A program made the translations under genes and the position numbers. Positions 38,859 to 51,047 of a stretch of DNA of 64,000 nucleotides are shown here, piece after piece. Position 1 is the stretch's first letter; each line of letters opens with the position of its first letter. This DNA is from Podarcis muralis (lineage: Eukaryota): NCBI RefSeq assembly GCF_964188315.1, contig NC_135664.1:20398001-20462000 (forward strand). The letters are read 5' to 3'. Below the pieces are notes generated by a model. That model saw nothing but the letters and a program-made list of their open reading frames with translations, was not told where the DNA came from and ran no database searches.

Positions 38859-39083
38859 CAGTAGTACCTCAGTTTTTGAACGTAATCCGTTCTGGAAGAC
38901 TGTTCGACTTCCAAAACATTAAAAAAACCAAGACGCAAAGGGCGATCTGCAATTTCAATGGAGACAATTGGGGGGGGGGGACTCAGCGGAAGCCGTTTGA
39001 CTTCCAAAAAGCGTTCAAAAACAGAAGCAATTACTTCTGGGAACGTTCTGCATCCGAGACGCTCAAAAACCGAGGTACCACTT
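38859..39083. mobile_element. Tc1/mariner MITE
   Basis: TA|cagtagtacctc...gaggtaccactt|TA. Confidence 0.7.
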
Positions 39084-40999
39084 TATTCCAATTTCTTCCA
39101 TCCTGACTTGTGCAGATATTTTAAAATAAAACTTGCATTCTGGGGCAGAGGGTTGCCATATCATGAATGTAGAGAAAAACCGTAAGTAAGCAAACCTTGG
39201 GCTCCCTCCCCGTATTGTCTCTTTCACCTAATGAAATCCGCTCTCAATCCAAACCTTTCACATCCTTGTAGCTGGGTTGTATTTGCGGTTTCTTATCTCA
39301 TCGTCTCTGACACGCACCTGTAGTTTACTTCAATTAAAGTCCAATTAGCAGGATAACCTGTGCTTCCAGGAATGGGATTGGGGGGGGTCGCGGCAGCCAG
39401 AGTGCTCTATGCACCCAGTGTCTTTGCCTGTCCTCACATTCCATGGGGAAGCGAGTGCCAGACTTCTAGGCAAACTTCAGATGGGAGCCTGATTCTTCTT
39501 CCAACTGAAGAGGAATGCAGATAATGAAATTCCCCCATCAATATCTGATTATCTCCATCTCGCTCGCTCTCCCTCCTGTTATGTTGAGAGAGTCTCCATT
39601 CTTGGCGGAGGTAATTTGCAACGTCTTCATACTAAGCATAACAATAACATGAGTTGTTTAAAATTCATAATTTGGTGGAGGCCATTGTATAGATTATTAT
39701 GTTTCTAATCACATGCTCAGTATATTCTGCAACAGTTTATTTTTAGCCTGGCTGAAATTGTAGTCACAAATAATACCAAAAGCAGGGGAGAGGAATGGTG
39801 CCGGTTGTATTTAACAATTCGTTTTAACTTATTTTCCCGTCTCTTCACCATCACTGACAAACATGAGTTAGCCAATCTCTTGAGTGATTAACCAAAAAAA
39901 TAAAGCCATCTCATCACTATAGCAACCAATATTATATCATGGGAATAACAACATGAAAGCACCTCAGTAACCAGTTTATCATAATTAATTAAGATATCAT
40001 GTTGTGTTTAAATGAAGGAGGATATATGTGGATCTTTCTGAAAATGAGAAAGATACCTTTTCACCTTCAGCTAGCATCCTATGCATGCTTGCAGCAGGGG
40101 GCTCTTGCTGTTCAATTATCTAGAGTTTTTAACAAGCTTGTTTGGCATAATTGGTGTAAAAATAGAAAGTTTCTAAAAGGCGGCACCCAAGCTGGGCTGA
40201 GAGTCAAGCAAAGTAATCTTAGTGTGGAGCTCATTGTTTACAGGTGATATAAATATGTCATTCCTTAGATCCTCTGAAACTTTACAGAAATGTGAAAAAG
40301 GAGTCACATTACAAAGTACAATGTATTTTTTTATTTTATTTTTTGTCGTGGGGACTAGGTATGAAAGCTCACAGACCAGGGCATGAGCTGCAGCCAAGTA
40401 TATCTGAGTGCCTGAGTGGAAGACTGGTGGGGCGGAGGCAGGATCCTATATGTGCCCCCCTTGAGTTGTGGGGAAGAAAAGCATGAACAGAATTAGTTCT
40501 TGAAGGAAACAGGAATTCCATATTTACACGCCCAGGGAAAAAAAGGCCATATAACTGGCTCAGATTATTGCGTTTAAGTGATTTGAGTCAACAGTGTAAA
40601 GTACAAAAACCTAAATGGAAACAAAAGATAAGTGAGGCCTAACTCTCTCTTTAATTAAAGGTTTCTTTCATACAGTAAATAACAACAAAAATATCACATT
40701 ATTTAATCCAGAAACATGGGAAGACTTGAGATTGGTAGTGTTAATAAATTCCCACATTCAGCTTCTGGAATCATGAGTGAGGGAGAAAAATGTCTCTCTT
40801 TCCACTATCCCCACATGTTGCTCGCTGTCCCACTGTCTAGTTTTTTCTCTAAACAGCTCCAAATACTGTATCCTTTCATATGGATATGCATATGGAACTT
40901 TCATATGGAGTGCATATGGAACTATGCATTGCAATTCCTTTTCAAAGTGAACATGCCCATAGGGCCTAATTTTTCAGTTCCAAAATTTTACAAACAGAA

Positions 41000-41600
41000 T
41001 CCTGTTTTTACAGAGATTTCTGTACAGGCATTTCTTCTTTTCCTCAAACATTTATTAACTGTAAGCTTGTCTATAAACATGGGGTCCCATGTTTTTCTCC
41101 TTCACTGGCCAAGAGTTAGCCAACAAGCTGATTTCCATGCTTTAGCCAGTGAAGCGCATGCTATTGTTAACATGTTCACAACTAACACAACACGTTCCTT
41201 TCAAACTTGCCCCTTTATTGCTCCCAGTAACATTGCTGGGGAATTAATTTGCCTCACATACCATAATTATATCCTTGATACCTTTTACAATAATAAGTCA
41301 CTATTGTTTTTCCTCTCTTAGATCTCCAATACATATTGGATATATTTTGACACGTTTTTGCTATTCTCATAAGCATTAAGTACCAGTATTCTTCCAAAAT
41401 ATTTTCAATTTTCTTCTGTCATTGAAAGACTGAATTCTGTCACATGCTTTTATCCCCAAGACACTCCTTTGAGTTGTATCCAGGAGTATTCTATAGATTT
41501 TTGATGTCAAACCTTTTGTTATATCAGCTTTTTCATAAGATGTCAGTGGTCTCTTTATGTTCACAAAGGCCCTTTGAGACTATTTTTTTTTTGTAGTAAG
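41000..41600 (-). mobile_element. Old L1-clade ORF2 C-terminal fragment, approximate limits
   Basis: Minus strand reads LVVNMLTIACASLAKAWKS...W..MFIDKLT, like the L1 fragments at 55292 and 49915. Confidence 0.5.
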
Positions 41601-41670
41601 TAACAATAAGTGAAATATTAATAATAATATACCCTGTAGTTATTTGGAAATAGTTTCTAATTTGTAGATA

Positions 41671-42017
41671 CAGTGGTACCTCGCAAGACGAATGCCTCGC
41701 AAGACGGAAAACTCGCAAAACGAAAGGGTTTTTGGTTTTTTGAGTTGCTTCGCAAGACGATTTTCCCTATGGGCTTGCTTCGCAAGACGGAAACGTCTTG
41801 CAAATTTGTTTCCTTTTTCTTAACACCGTTAATACAGTTGCGACTTGACTTCGAGGAGCAACTCATAGAACGCGGTGTGGTAGCCTTTTTTGAGGTTTTT
41901 AAAGACTTTGGTGATTTTTGAAGCTTTTCCAAAGCTTTCCCGACACCGTGCTTCGCAAAACCCGCAAGACGAAAAAACTCGCGGAACGAATTTATTTCGT
42001 CTTGCGAGGCACCACCG
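41671..42017. mobile_element. Young CpG-rich Tc1/mariner MITE
   Basis: TA|cagtggtacctcgcaagacgaa...ttcgtcttgcgaggcaccaccg|TA; internal tcgcaagacg repeats. Confidence 0.8.
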
Positions 42018-42809
42018 TAACAGGAAAGGATAGCTGTAGACAGTGATTTCTTTATCTGGATTGATGATGCAGATTTCAGTCAGGGCAGGGGTGAAGTTTT
42101 GCAGCCCTGCAGAATTGCTATCAGAAATACAACAAATCAACACAAGCAAAACTATGTGAATTTGCTTAGTATGTATAATTCATTCAAGTTGCACAATCCA
42201 GTTTTTCTTGGCATACAATGTCAGGATATGTTTTTAATTCAGAGTACCCACAGTCATCAAATACTACCATTTTCTTAGCAAAATAGATACCATACCTGAC
42301 GGACGGCCTACAGAAGTTTGGTTGACCCAGTATCAGTTCAGTTGGTTGCTGGTGTCAATGGAATGTTTAAAAACGTTGATCTTTTTCTCTGATTTACATC
42401 TGCAGTACATTTACTCCAATCATTATTTTTGGTTGTTAAAAAACATCCAATTATTAATCGCAGAAAATGGGTTTTCTTGTTGGTAACAGAGCATATTTCA
42501 TAGAAGTTAACAAAAACACTGTTCAGGCTTTTCCATATGAAGAAATATAATGCCCATTATAGGATAGAAAATAAAGTCACAGACATCATTTATTTTCTTG
42601 CTGATCCCATATAAAAATTATGTTGTGAACTTGATTATCGGGATGAATTTGTTGTCTTTTTAACAGGATGTTAAAGAGCTTGCATATTTTTGGCTGCTAG
42701 AATAAACTGATTTCTTATACATTACAGCTTGACTTACATAATGGAGGTAAACTAATACTACTATTTTCTTCTTCTCCATCCTCCCTTTTTTCGTGCCCTT
42801 TCACTTAAG

Positions 42810-42830
42810 CTACAAATGAAAAGGATCCAG
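42810..42830 (+). CDS. CADPS2: CADPS2 21-nt alternative microexon (inserts ATNEKDP between AKTE and ETLNQ)
   Basis: Long polypyrimidine tract, ttaag|CTACAAATGAAAAGGATCCAG|gtgact; phase 1 to 1; resembles recalled CAPS1 ENQKDA at the equivalent position. Confidence 0.8.
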
Positions 42831-42955
42831 GTGACTGCTGTGTTAATTGTGTGCATGTATGCATGCATGTATTTTAAGTGTTCATTACGGCTTTATTAAT
42901 TGTACAATGTAACAACAGCAAAATCAGTGCATGCTTATTCAGAAGTAAGACCTTT

Positions 42956-43316
42956 AAGGTAAAGGTAAAGGTACCCCTGCCCGTACGGGCCAGTCTTGCC
43001 AGACTCTAGGGTTGTGCGCTCATCTCACTCTATAGGCTGGGAGCCAGCGCTGTCCGCAGACACTTCCGAGTCACGTGGCCAGCGTGACAAGCTGCATCTG
43101 GCGAGCCAGCGCAGCACATGGAACGCCGTTTACCTTCCCGCTGGTAAGCGGTCCCTATTTATCTACTTGCACCTGGGGGTGCTTTCAAACTGCTAGGTTG
43201 GCAGGTGCTGGGACCGAACGACGGGAGCGCACCCCGCCGCGGGGATTCGAACCACCGACCATGCGATCGGCAAGTCCTAGGCGCTGAGGTTTTACCCACA
43301 GCGCCACCCGCGTCCC
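42956..43316 (-). mobile_element. Sauria SINE, full length
   Basis: Reverse-complement homologue of 10989-11347. Confidence 0.9.
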
Positions 43317-43722
43317 TTACCTTTATCTAAGTATATATGGGGCCTCTGGCTAAGTCACCAGGACCGTTGTATCAAAATGGAAGGAGAGCCCTCTCTATGT
43401 GTTGTAGTCAAGGAGAACTTGTGACAAGGTTGTGGATCTCTGCCAAGTAGCCCCTCCACATCCAGTTCAAATGTTGGAAAGGTGGGAACCTTCATACAGA
43501 CTTCCATGTGATCTACAGTTCCATATCACGTGTCAGCCTTTTCATGCGAAGGCTTCCTCTTCCCCCTAGACATTTGCACTGGGCATGCAAGAGCCAAGAT
43601 GACATATTCTCCATAACTGTTAGCATTACGCTTGAAGAGGGCTAATGTCTATCACAATTCAAGTTATCCCACCGGCAGACGCATTCTAGGGGGAAGTTAT
43701 TACCATGGACAAAATATTTTAC

Positions 43723-43869
43723 AAGATTGTATAAATGTTTCAGCTTCACTTATAGAAGATTACATCTCGCACATAACAAATTGACCACAGTATAAAAATA
43801 GACCATTTAATGATGACAATACAATACGCAGTGTTTTGTTTTCTAAATGAACAATTAAAATGGCACTGC
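43723..43869 (+). repeat. Inverted repeat arm 1 (partner 46543-46689)
   Basis: 147-bp gap-free alignment to reverse complement of 46543-46689, about 17 mismatches by hand count. Confidence 0.85.
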
Positions 43870-43984
43870 AGTAGCTTTACACTTATATGTTACCTCACGG
43901 ACCACCTCTCTTCATATAAAATATCCTGGAATCTGCATTCACCATCTGTGGCCTTCCTTCATGTGCCTCTTCCATGTGAGATCC

Positions 43985-44265
43985 AGAGGGTGGCCGCATG
44001 AGAAAAGGCCTTTTCTGCAGTGGCCCCCTGCTTGTGGAATGCTCTCCCCAGGGAGGTTGTCGTGCGTTTTCATTATATATATTTTAGGCGCCAGGTGAAA
44101 ACTCTTCAACCAGGCATTTGGCTGATTAATATCCTACAGCCTTTTAAATGTGTCTGTGGGAAGGGGGGGAGTATTGTTTTGTTGTTTTGGTTTAATCATT
44201 TACATGTGATTTATTTTGTATTTTATTCTGTGAGCCACTCTGAGATCTTTTGATGAACAGTGGTA

Positions 44266-44307
<42 letters not shown>
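43985..44307 (+). mobile_element. Older L2 3' fragment with (AAT)n tail
   Basis: aggccttttctgcagtggcccc...tggaatgctctccc; gtgagccactctgag near tail. Confidence 0.65.
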
Positions 44308-44308
<1 letters not shown>

Positions 44309-44449
44309 TCAGTCTACACTGGGGAACCGTGCAGGGCCAAAATCTCCTTGTTTTTCCAACAGTTCTATGGAAGCTGAAACAACCACCAATTTGATCACCA
44401 GCAGTGTTCTTTCTGCAGAGAAATATCTAGGGGTAGCAAATGTGAGGTA

Positions 44450-44690
44450 CAGTGGTACCTTGGTTGTCCAATGCCTTAGTTGCCGAACAAATCGGCTCCC
44501 GAACATCGCAAACCCGGAAGTGAGTGTTCCAGTTTGCAAACTTTTTTGGAAGCCGAACATCTGATGTAGCTTCCAGTTGGCTGCAGGAAGCTTCTGCAGC
44601 CAATCAGAAGCCGTGCCTTGGTTTTTGAACCATTCCGGGAGTCGAACAGACTCTCATTACAGATTAAATTCAAGAACCAAGGTACCGCTG
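44450..44690. mobile_element. Tc1/mariner MITE
   Basis: TA|cagtggtacctt...aaggtaccgctg|TA; same family as 62459-62646. Confidence 0.75.
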
Positions 44691-44892
44691 TATTCCAGTA
44701 TTGGGCTGGTCATTTGGGATCTTTTCTTTTGGGGAAAGCTTCCCCCCCCCCAAGCCATCCCAGAACCGGTTTCAGTCATGTGACTCCCCATTCTCATCAA
44801 GTGTATGTTGAAGCAATTTTTTTTAAAAAAAAATCATTTGTAGAGATTGACAAATGGAGCAGGGAGGAGAGCAGGAATGGACCATCTCCAGA

Positions 44893-45301
44893 TGTCAGGA
44901 GTGCATGCAGGAGCCAGGTCCATTGGTAGGGCTTTGCAGGACTGGGGCTTTCCTAAGTTTGTTCTGAAGAGGCAAGGTGCGGCCGCACAGGTGAGGCCAA
45001 TTGGTAACTCACAGCACCTGATGGCAGGAGCTGGTAAGGGGTATAAGGTCAGCATTTCCCTTTGGCTCTTTGCCACAGCAACACGCTTCCTGCCATGCTG
45101 TGTTTGGCTTCTTGACTCCTTGCTTCCTCATCCTCGGACCCTTGGCTTCTTGACTCCTGGTTTCCTGACCCTCAGACCCTTGGCTTCTTGACTCCTGGCC
45201 TCCAGACTCTCATTCCTGCTCCCACCCTGCCGTCTTGCCCCAGGTCCTGTCGTCCTCCACCAGGACTTCCACCGTCCGTAAACCGTAAACCGTCCGTGAC
45301 A
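44893..45301 (+). mobile_element. Solo LTR, second copy of the 3862-4293 family
   Basis: TGTCA...TGACA; near-TSD ccaga/ccagg. Confidence 0.85.
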
Positions 45302-46542
45302 CCAGGGAATTTCAAAGGTGGAGGAATCACAAAGAGACAAAGGTCTTGATAAGGGGAGGAAGTAGCCTTACAAGCTTCCACCTCTTGCTTTCTCTTTGGT
45401 CTGCAGGCTGAAGGTTCCTCATCCCTGATCTTTTGCCTCCACTGACTACTGGCAGCATCTCTCCCGGGTACCCGTCAGTCTTTCCCAGCCCTGCCTGCAG
45501 ATGTCTGGGATTAAGCTAGTGACTTTTTGAATGCAAAGCATGTGCCTCTGCCACTGAGCCACTTGGTTAATATTACGAATAGATTAAAATTTCTCCTGCA
45601 TGTCGAGGTCCCCCAGGCCACCCCTAAATAAATCACAATTCACACACAATTTTTGTTTAAGATTTTTAGCATAATTTTGGCCATAGCTTTATTAAATTGC
45701 ATAAATGTGAGTGGTTGCTTAGGCATTGGTTCTGACTATCTGTCCCCTGCCCCGAGACAGAACTGACTTCTGGATTCCAGTGAAAGCCAGTCAGGGAAAA
45801 CGATATTGGGGAATTAACGGAATTCCCTTTCTGCAGCAGCATTGGAGGGGCAGGCACCGCCAATCCTTACCCCTCCACCCACCAATTTTTTCACCAATGC
45901 CTAACTGCAACCTTACAAGTTGTGACGTTTTGCTACGCAGTAGGCAAAAACCAAATGGCACCAGCCAATCAGCCAATTGGACAAAATTCCTACCAGGCCC
46001 CTGCCCGAAAGGCAGATGACCCCATGACAGGCATAGCAAGGATTAGGGAGGGTGGGCAGGCGATCCGATGCACACAGCAAAAGAGCCCAGTCAGTGCTGT
46101 GTGACTTGGGATAAAGTTAAAAAAAGGAAAAAAAGAAAAAGAAAATTCAGAATTTTGAAGCACTGGAGAATTATAAAGTAAAATGTGTAATTTTCCAGAA
46201 AGTTCCACTGCCCACCTCACCCTGGTCTGAGGTTGACTTCTTTGAAGCTCATTTTCCTTCAGCAGACAGTAGCCTAACAGCATTTATAACCAGTCTCAAT
46301 TGGTGGATTTCTCACCAGACTATGTGTTCCATCTAGTGTCAGCTCACAGACAGTATTATTTTATTTACTTATTCCAGTGCTTATCTTTCCTCAACACTAC
46401 ATAATGAGATTAAGGGAAGAGCAGGGCAAATGGCAGTAAGTTTAATTTCCACCCTCCAAACAATTTCTATCCACTAAAGTGAGATGCCATCAATGGAAAA
46501 AAAATGCCACTGTTGGACCTTTGGGTAACATATAGGTGTAAA

Positions 46543-46689
46543 GCAGTGACATTTTAATTGTTCATTTAGAAAATAAAACACTACGCATTGTATTATTATC
46601 ATTAAACGGTCTATTTTGCTATTGTGGTCAATTTGTTATGTGCGATGCGTAATCTTCCATACGTGAAATTGAAACATTTATACAATCTT
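46543..46689 (-). repeat. Inverted repeat arm 2 (partner 43723-43869)
   Basis: See arm 1. Confidence 0.85.
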
Positions 46690-46929
46690 CAAAAACATTT
46701 TTCCGCAGTAGGAACTTCACCCCAGAATGTGGTGGGGTACTACATTTTATGTTGCCGCTTTTGTGATGTTGCTTCAGCGTGTTTTCTTAGTAGCGGCTAG
46801 AATTTCAGGGAACGGGTTGATTAGAATTTCAGTCCTCTGAACTTTGAAGGGGACCTTTCCTTGTTCATGTGGCCAGAGCAGAACTGGAGCAGCAATGTTC
46901 TCTGAAGTTCACACACCTATGAGTGAACA

Positions 46930-46930
<1 letters not shown>

Positions 46931-46987
<57 letters not shown>
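46931..46987. repeat. (GT)n(GA)n microsatellite
   Basis: Direct inspection. Confidence 0.95.
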
Positions 46988-46989
<2 letters not shown>

Positions 46990-47829
46990 CACACACGTGT
47001 GTGCGCAAATGTGCACATCTAGCATACTGATTGGTGTCTTGCCTCTTTGATACGTACACGCCATGCCAGGCACAATGGATTTCCTCCCTTTTTGTGCGCG
47101 TGGACTCTTGGTGCTACTGCCGAATCGGCACAGAGAAGGGTTGCCTTGGTGATGTCCCCGAGGTTAAGGTCACTTTCCATTTTCAAAGACGGCTAAGGTG
47201 GTGATGTGATAGCTTTGAGTGATATTTGTAGGAGTGGTGAAAAGGGAGCTGCTGACAGGGTTGTGCTCCCATTTCTCCTCCTCCCTGGGAGAGGCACGGT
47301 TTCTCTAACAAGGTTTTTTTTCCCTGTTCTTTTCAAAGCATTTTGATCCCGGTGCAAATTAAATTACAAGCTTAAACACTCTTTGCATTTAATCGCAGAG
47401 TAGGGGCTAGATCTGCATTGCTTCTACCTGCATGGCACCCTTGTAGTTTCCACCTAGTTCCTGGGGAGTAGAGGGCAGCTCCAGGGGAAGAAAAACTATT
47501 CTGTGGGGGCCTAATAATGAGTTCTATGCATAGAGAATCTTAGCATCTCTGTGGATGTGATCAAAACTTGGGTGGTACAATATAGTTAGCAAAGCAGAAG
47601 CTGATGACTATTACAGAATTCGTTGCGAATTCTGCAAAATCCCAACCATATTGGGCTTTAAAACATGTTTATAGCTCTCCTGATTGCTAGAGCAACCATA
47701 AAATATGGGAGCAAGTTTTACCTTGAAGTTCGTTTATATAATCACAATGGGACTGTCTGCGGTGGTGATGTCAGTGCCCAGGACTGACTCAGTTACATGT
47801 CACCAACTCTCGTGGTTCCATACTAAGTA

Positions 47830-48072
47830 CAGTGGTACCTCAGGTTAAGTACTTAATTCGTTCCGAAGGTCCGTTCTTAACCTGAAACTGTTCTTAACCT
47901 GAAGCACCACTTTAGCTAATGGGGCCTCCTGCTGCTGCCGCGCCGCCGGAGCACGATTTCTGTTCTCATCCTGAAGCAAAGTTCTTAACCCGAGGTAATA
48001 TTTCTGAAGCACTATTTCTGGGTTAGCAGAGTCTGTTGTAACCTGAAGCTTATGTAACCCAAGGTACCACTG
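47830..48072. mobile_element. Tc1/mariner MITE (family of 10304, 54940, 62824)
   Basis: TA|CAGTGGTACC...GGTACCACTG|TA. Confidence 0.88.
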
Positions 48073-49423
48073 TACCTCCAAATTCTCCCTGTTTTTCCTT
48101 TTTCTAGCCTTATCTGTCCAGAGCTGGTTTATAAAACACTCCTGAGAAAATAATAAATGCTTTTGTCATTTCCCCTTTTTTGGCATTGTAAGCAATCCAG
48201 TAAATACTTTGAATCGACTCAGGAGTTTGACACTACCTTTCTTCCTTGAGCCCCTTTTCCAAAAAAAATTCCAGGTAAATATTGTAGATGAATTAGTCCC
48301 AGATCCTTAACACATGTGCACATAGTTGGAAAACAAAATGAAAATTCTACCCAAATCTCCTCATTTTGAGACCAGACGAATGCAGGCAAATGAGTACATT
48401 GAATTTATGCATATCTGGGTTTACTGACTAAGCGATCTGGCTTTTTTAATACAAAATTCAAATGCATAAATACAAAAGTAGACATGACATTATCATTTGG
48501 TTAGCTTTCGTCCCTTGCTGCCCCAGAGTTAATTTTTGCACATTTTCCATACCCATTCTCTTTTTCATACTTCATCCTTGGTTTGTTTGTTCATTTTAAC
48601 AATAATGAATGTTTATAGTTGCATATCTACCATATCTACACTGGGGGAAAAGTGCTGTTCATTAGGACTGGGATAGTTCTGGGATCATGACATTGCCAGA
48701 TTTTAGCTTCTGTTCGCTGATGAAATTAGCCAGATATCTAACTGTGAACGAGTGCAGCGGTGCAAATTTGCTGGGGGAGGGGGATGGAGAAAAGAAAAGA
48801 AAGAAAAAGGCTGACAAAGTGAAGGACGAAGGGCAGGCTATGGCCAGGAAAAAGGACAATGAGAGACTTCTGTCCAGACAAATGACTCAAAAGCTTGCAC
48901 CTCTTTAATGAGGTCTTTTACAGACAAGTTTTCTAAAAAGAATGGCTGCATGTAAATGCCCTCCAAGCTCACAAGGACTTGTCTGAAGGAAAACAAGAGC
49001 ACTAGAGGCACTATTGAACTGAAGGCAGAGTAGAGCCATTTGTGTATGTGGTGAGAGGCCTTCTGCGGTAATTTAAAGCTCTTAGTGCATGTTCATTTCA
49101 CTGAAAGAACAAAGGGCAGAATCGGTGAGTTGGCCGGTGGCATATATCTTTGTATTAGATGCTGGTTTTCGTTCAACGGCACAATAATCAAATACACGAG
49201 CAAAAGGCTTGTCTGTGCTAATGTGCAAATCCCGCAACCTTGCTGCGTTCATACAAGCAAGAATTTGCTGAGTCTGTGATGCTTCATCACTACCAATTCA
49301 ACAATATGAACTCAGCCATTTCATCGCGTTGACCTCTGATTCACGCACCCGGACCCTCCCCCCCCTCTCTGGAGGGCCAGAGCTCCTTCATATCTGGTTT
49401 AGAGTGTTAGCCAAAGGCCCACA

Positions 49424-49670
49424 ACTCGCAGACTTAACATACAGAATAAGAGAACAAGAAAAACATACGTTTGAAGAAGATTGGAAAACATTTATTGAAT
49501 ACATGGGAAATAATTGTGTACAGCTGAAAACGCTGGCAGCATTAAGATAAATTCAACAGTGCAGATAAGTTTTGATGGATGTAATGAATACTGAATGGTA
49601 TGGTTTTTGTAAAATATGCAGGGATCTATGACTATCTTAAACTGTAAAACGGAAAATGGAATAAAAATGA
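49424..49670 (+). mobile_element. L1-clade 3' fragment
   Basis: LADLTYRIREQEKHTFEEDWKTFIEYM...LAALR* then 3' UTR. Confidence 0.65.
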
Positions 49671-49674
49671 TATG

Positions 49675-49912
49675 CAGTAGTACCTCTGTTTTCAAGTGTG
49701 TTGGAAGCCGAACGTTTTGGTTTTCGAACACCAAAAACCTGAAAATAATTGCTTCAGTTTTTTGAATGCGCCTCAGAAGTCTAACGGCTTCTGCTGCATG
49801 TTTTTTTCAATTTTTCCAATTGAACTTGCACCTTTGCGCCTTGGTTTTCAAACGTTTCGGAAATCGAAATGTCTTCCAGAACAGATTATGTTCAAGAACC
49901 AAGGTACCACTG
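49675..49912. mobile_element. Tc1/mariner MITE
   Basis: cagtagtacctc...aggtaccactg|TA. Confidence 0.7.
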
Positions 49913-49914
49913 TA

Positions 49915-50101
49915 TGCAATAGAGTATCATCCAAAGTCTGCAAACAGTGCAGTTATAGCGTGAGGTGCAAATGAAACTCATAACCCACCTACTTTCAGCA
50001 GCCAGAAACACCATAACCAGACACTGGAGAGACCGGTCAGGAGTAAGCATGGACCAATGGTACCAAATAGTATGGCATGCATGCATGCATGCATGCATGC
50101 A

Positions 50102-50148
<47 letters not shown>

Positions 50149-50149
50149 A
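49915..50149 (+). mobile_element. L1-clade fragment followed by (GCAT)n(AAAT)n
   Basis: LITHLLSAARNTITRHWRD...DQWYQIVW reading; compound microsatellite about 50075-50149. Confidence 0.55.
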
Positions 50150-50943
50150 TTCTTCCTGTAGAGCACAATTTTTCACCCACTGTAAATGCCAATGTAGGCA
50201 GCTCAATTTGAACATAACACTAGGCATCCCTTCTACATCTCCAGTGTCGTCGTGGGGAGGTAATTTGTGGCTTCCATCTTAGATTAGGTGCAGTTCAGCA
50301 TGTCATCTGAGCACTAAGCTGAGGTTAATCGTAACTGTGGTTAGTGAAAACTTGCCCGTCTCAAAAACTGTGGTTTGAAGTTGGTTTGTTTCTATCGGTG
50401 GTAGGTAGTATTCGCCACGGTTTGTCCGGGTTTGAGCGACATGGCAGGCTGTGGTTGATCAAAAACAGATACAGATGCTTCCAAACTCCTTCTGATGACC
50501 ACGTCGGAGGGAGAAGCAAGGAACGCACAAGCCTTGAGGAAAGCTAGTTTCATTCCCAAACCAAGGCATTGTGTGATAGAGGAAAAAAACAAGCAACTAG
50601 CCTCTGCTTTTGTTCTTTAGCTCACAATGGAGAGGATTCAGACTTGGGTGTGGCAAAAGTTGAGCATCCGATGTCCCAGTGCAGATGTATCTGTTACTTC
50701 TGAATTAGAAAGGGCTCATAGAGTGGTGTTTTCGGGGGATGGGTTAAATATTTTTTGCACGCATGCAATCTGGTCATAACAACATTACCATTATCTATAT
50801 TAAAAGCATGGCTGATGTGCTTGAAAGTGTCAGCCTTTTAAGTCATCGAATTCTGTGTTGTCTCACTTCTCTGGAATGTTTTCTGTTCCCACATTTTCCT
50901 AGCTGTGATCATCCTATCATTTGTGTGTTCCTTTTCTCTGCAG

Positions 50944-51047
50944 AGACACTGAACCAAGCGTCTCCTTCTGTAAAGCTGGAAGAGGTTATTCATTTAGCAG
51001 AGCTCTGCATTGAAGTCCTACAGCAGAACGAAGAGCACCATTCAGAG
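50944..51047 (+). CDS. CADPS2: CADPS2 exon (ETLNQASPSVKLEEVIHLAELCIEVLQQNEEHHSE)
   Basis: Acceptor ctctgcag|AG, donor GAG|gtgagg; 104 nt, phase 1 to 0. Confidence 0.95.

Noticed and set aside
39412-39430. cacccagtgtctttgcctg as a remnant of the CAPS1-type HPVFCL alternative exon
   Set aside because: Frame does not give the motif and no splice sites flank it.
40716-41321. 201-aa + strand ORF
   Set aside because: No recognisable domain; largely the antisense of a decayed L1 ORF2 fragment.
45997-46011. ag|GCCCCTGCCCGAAAG as a 15-nt GPAEK-like microexon
   Set aside because: Encodes GPCPK, has no pyrimidine tract and only a poor gcagat donor; the 42810 exon is far better supported.
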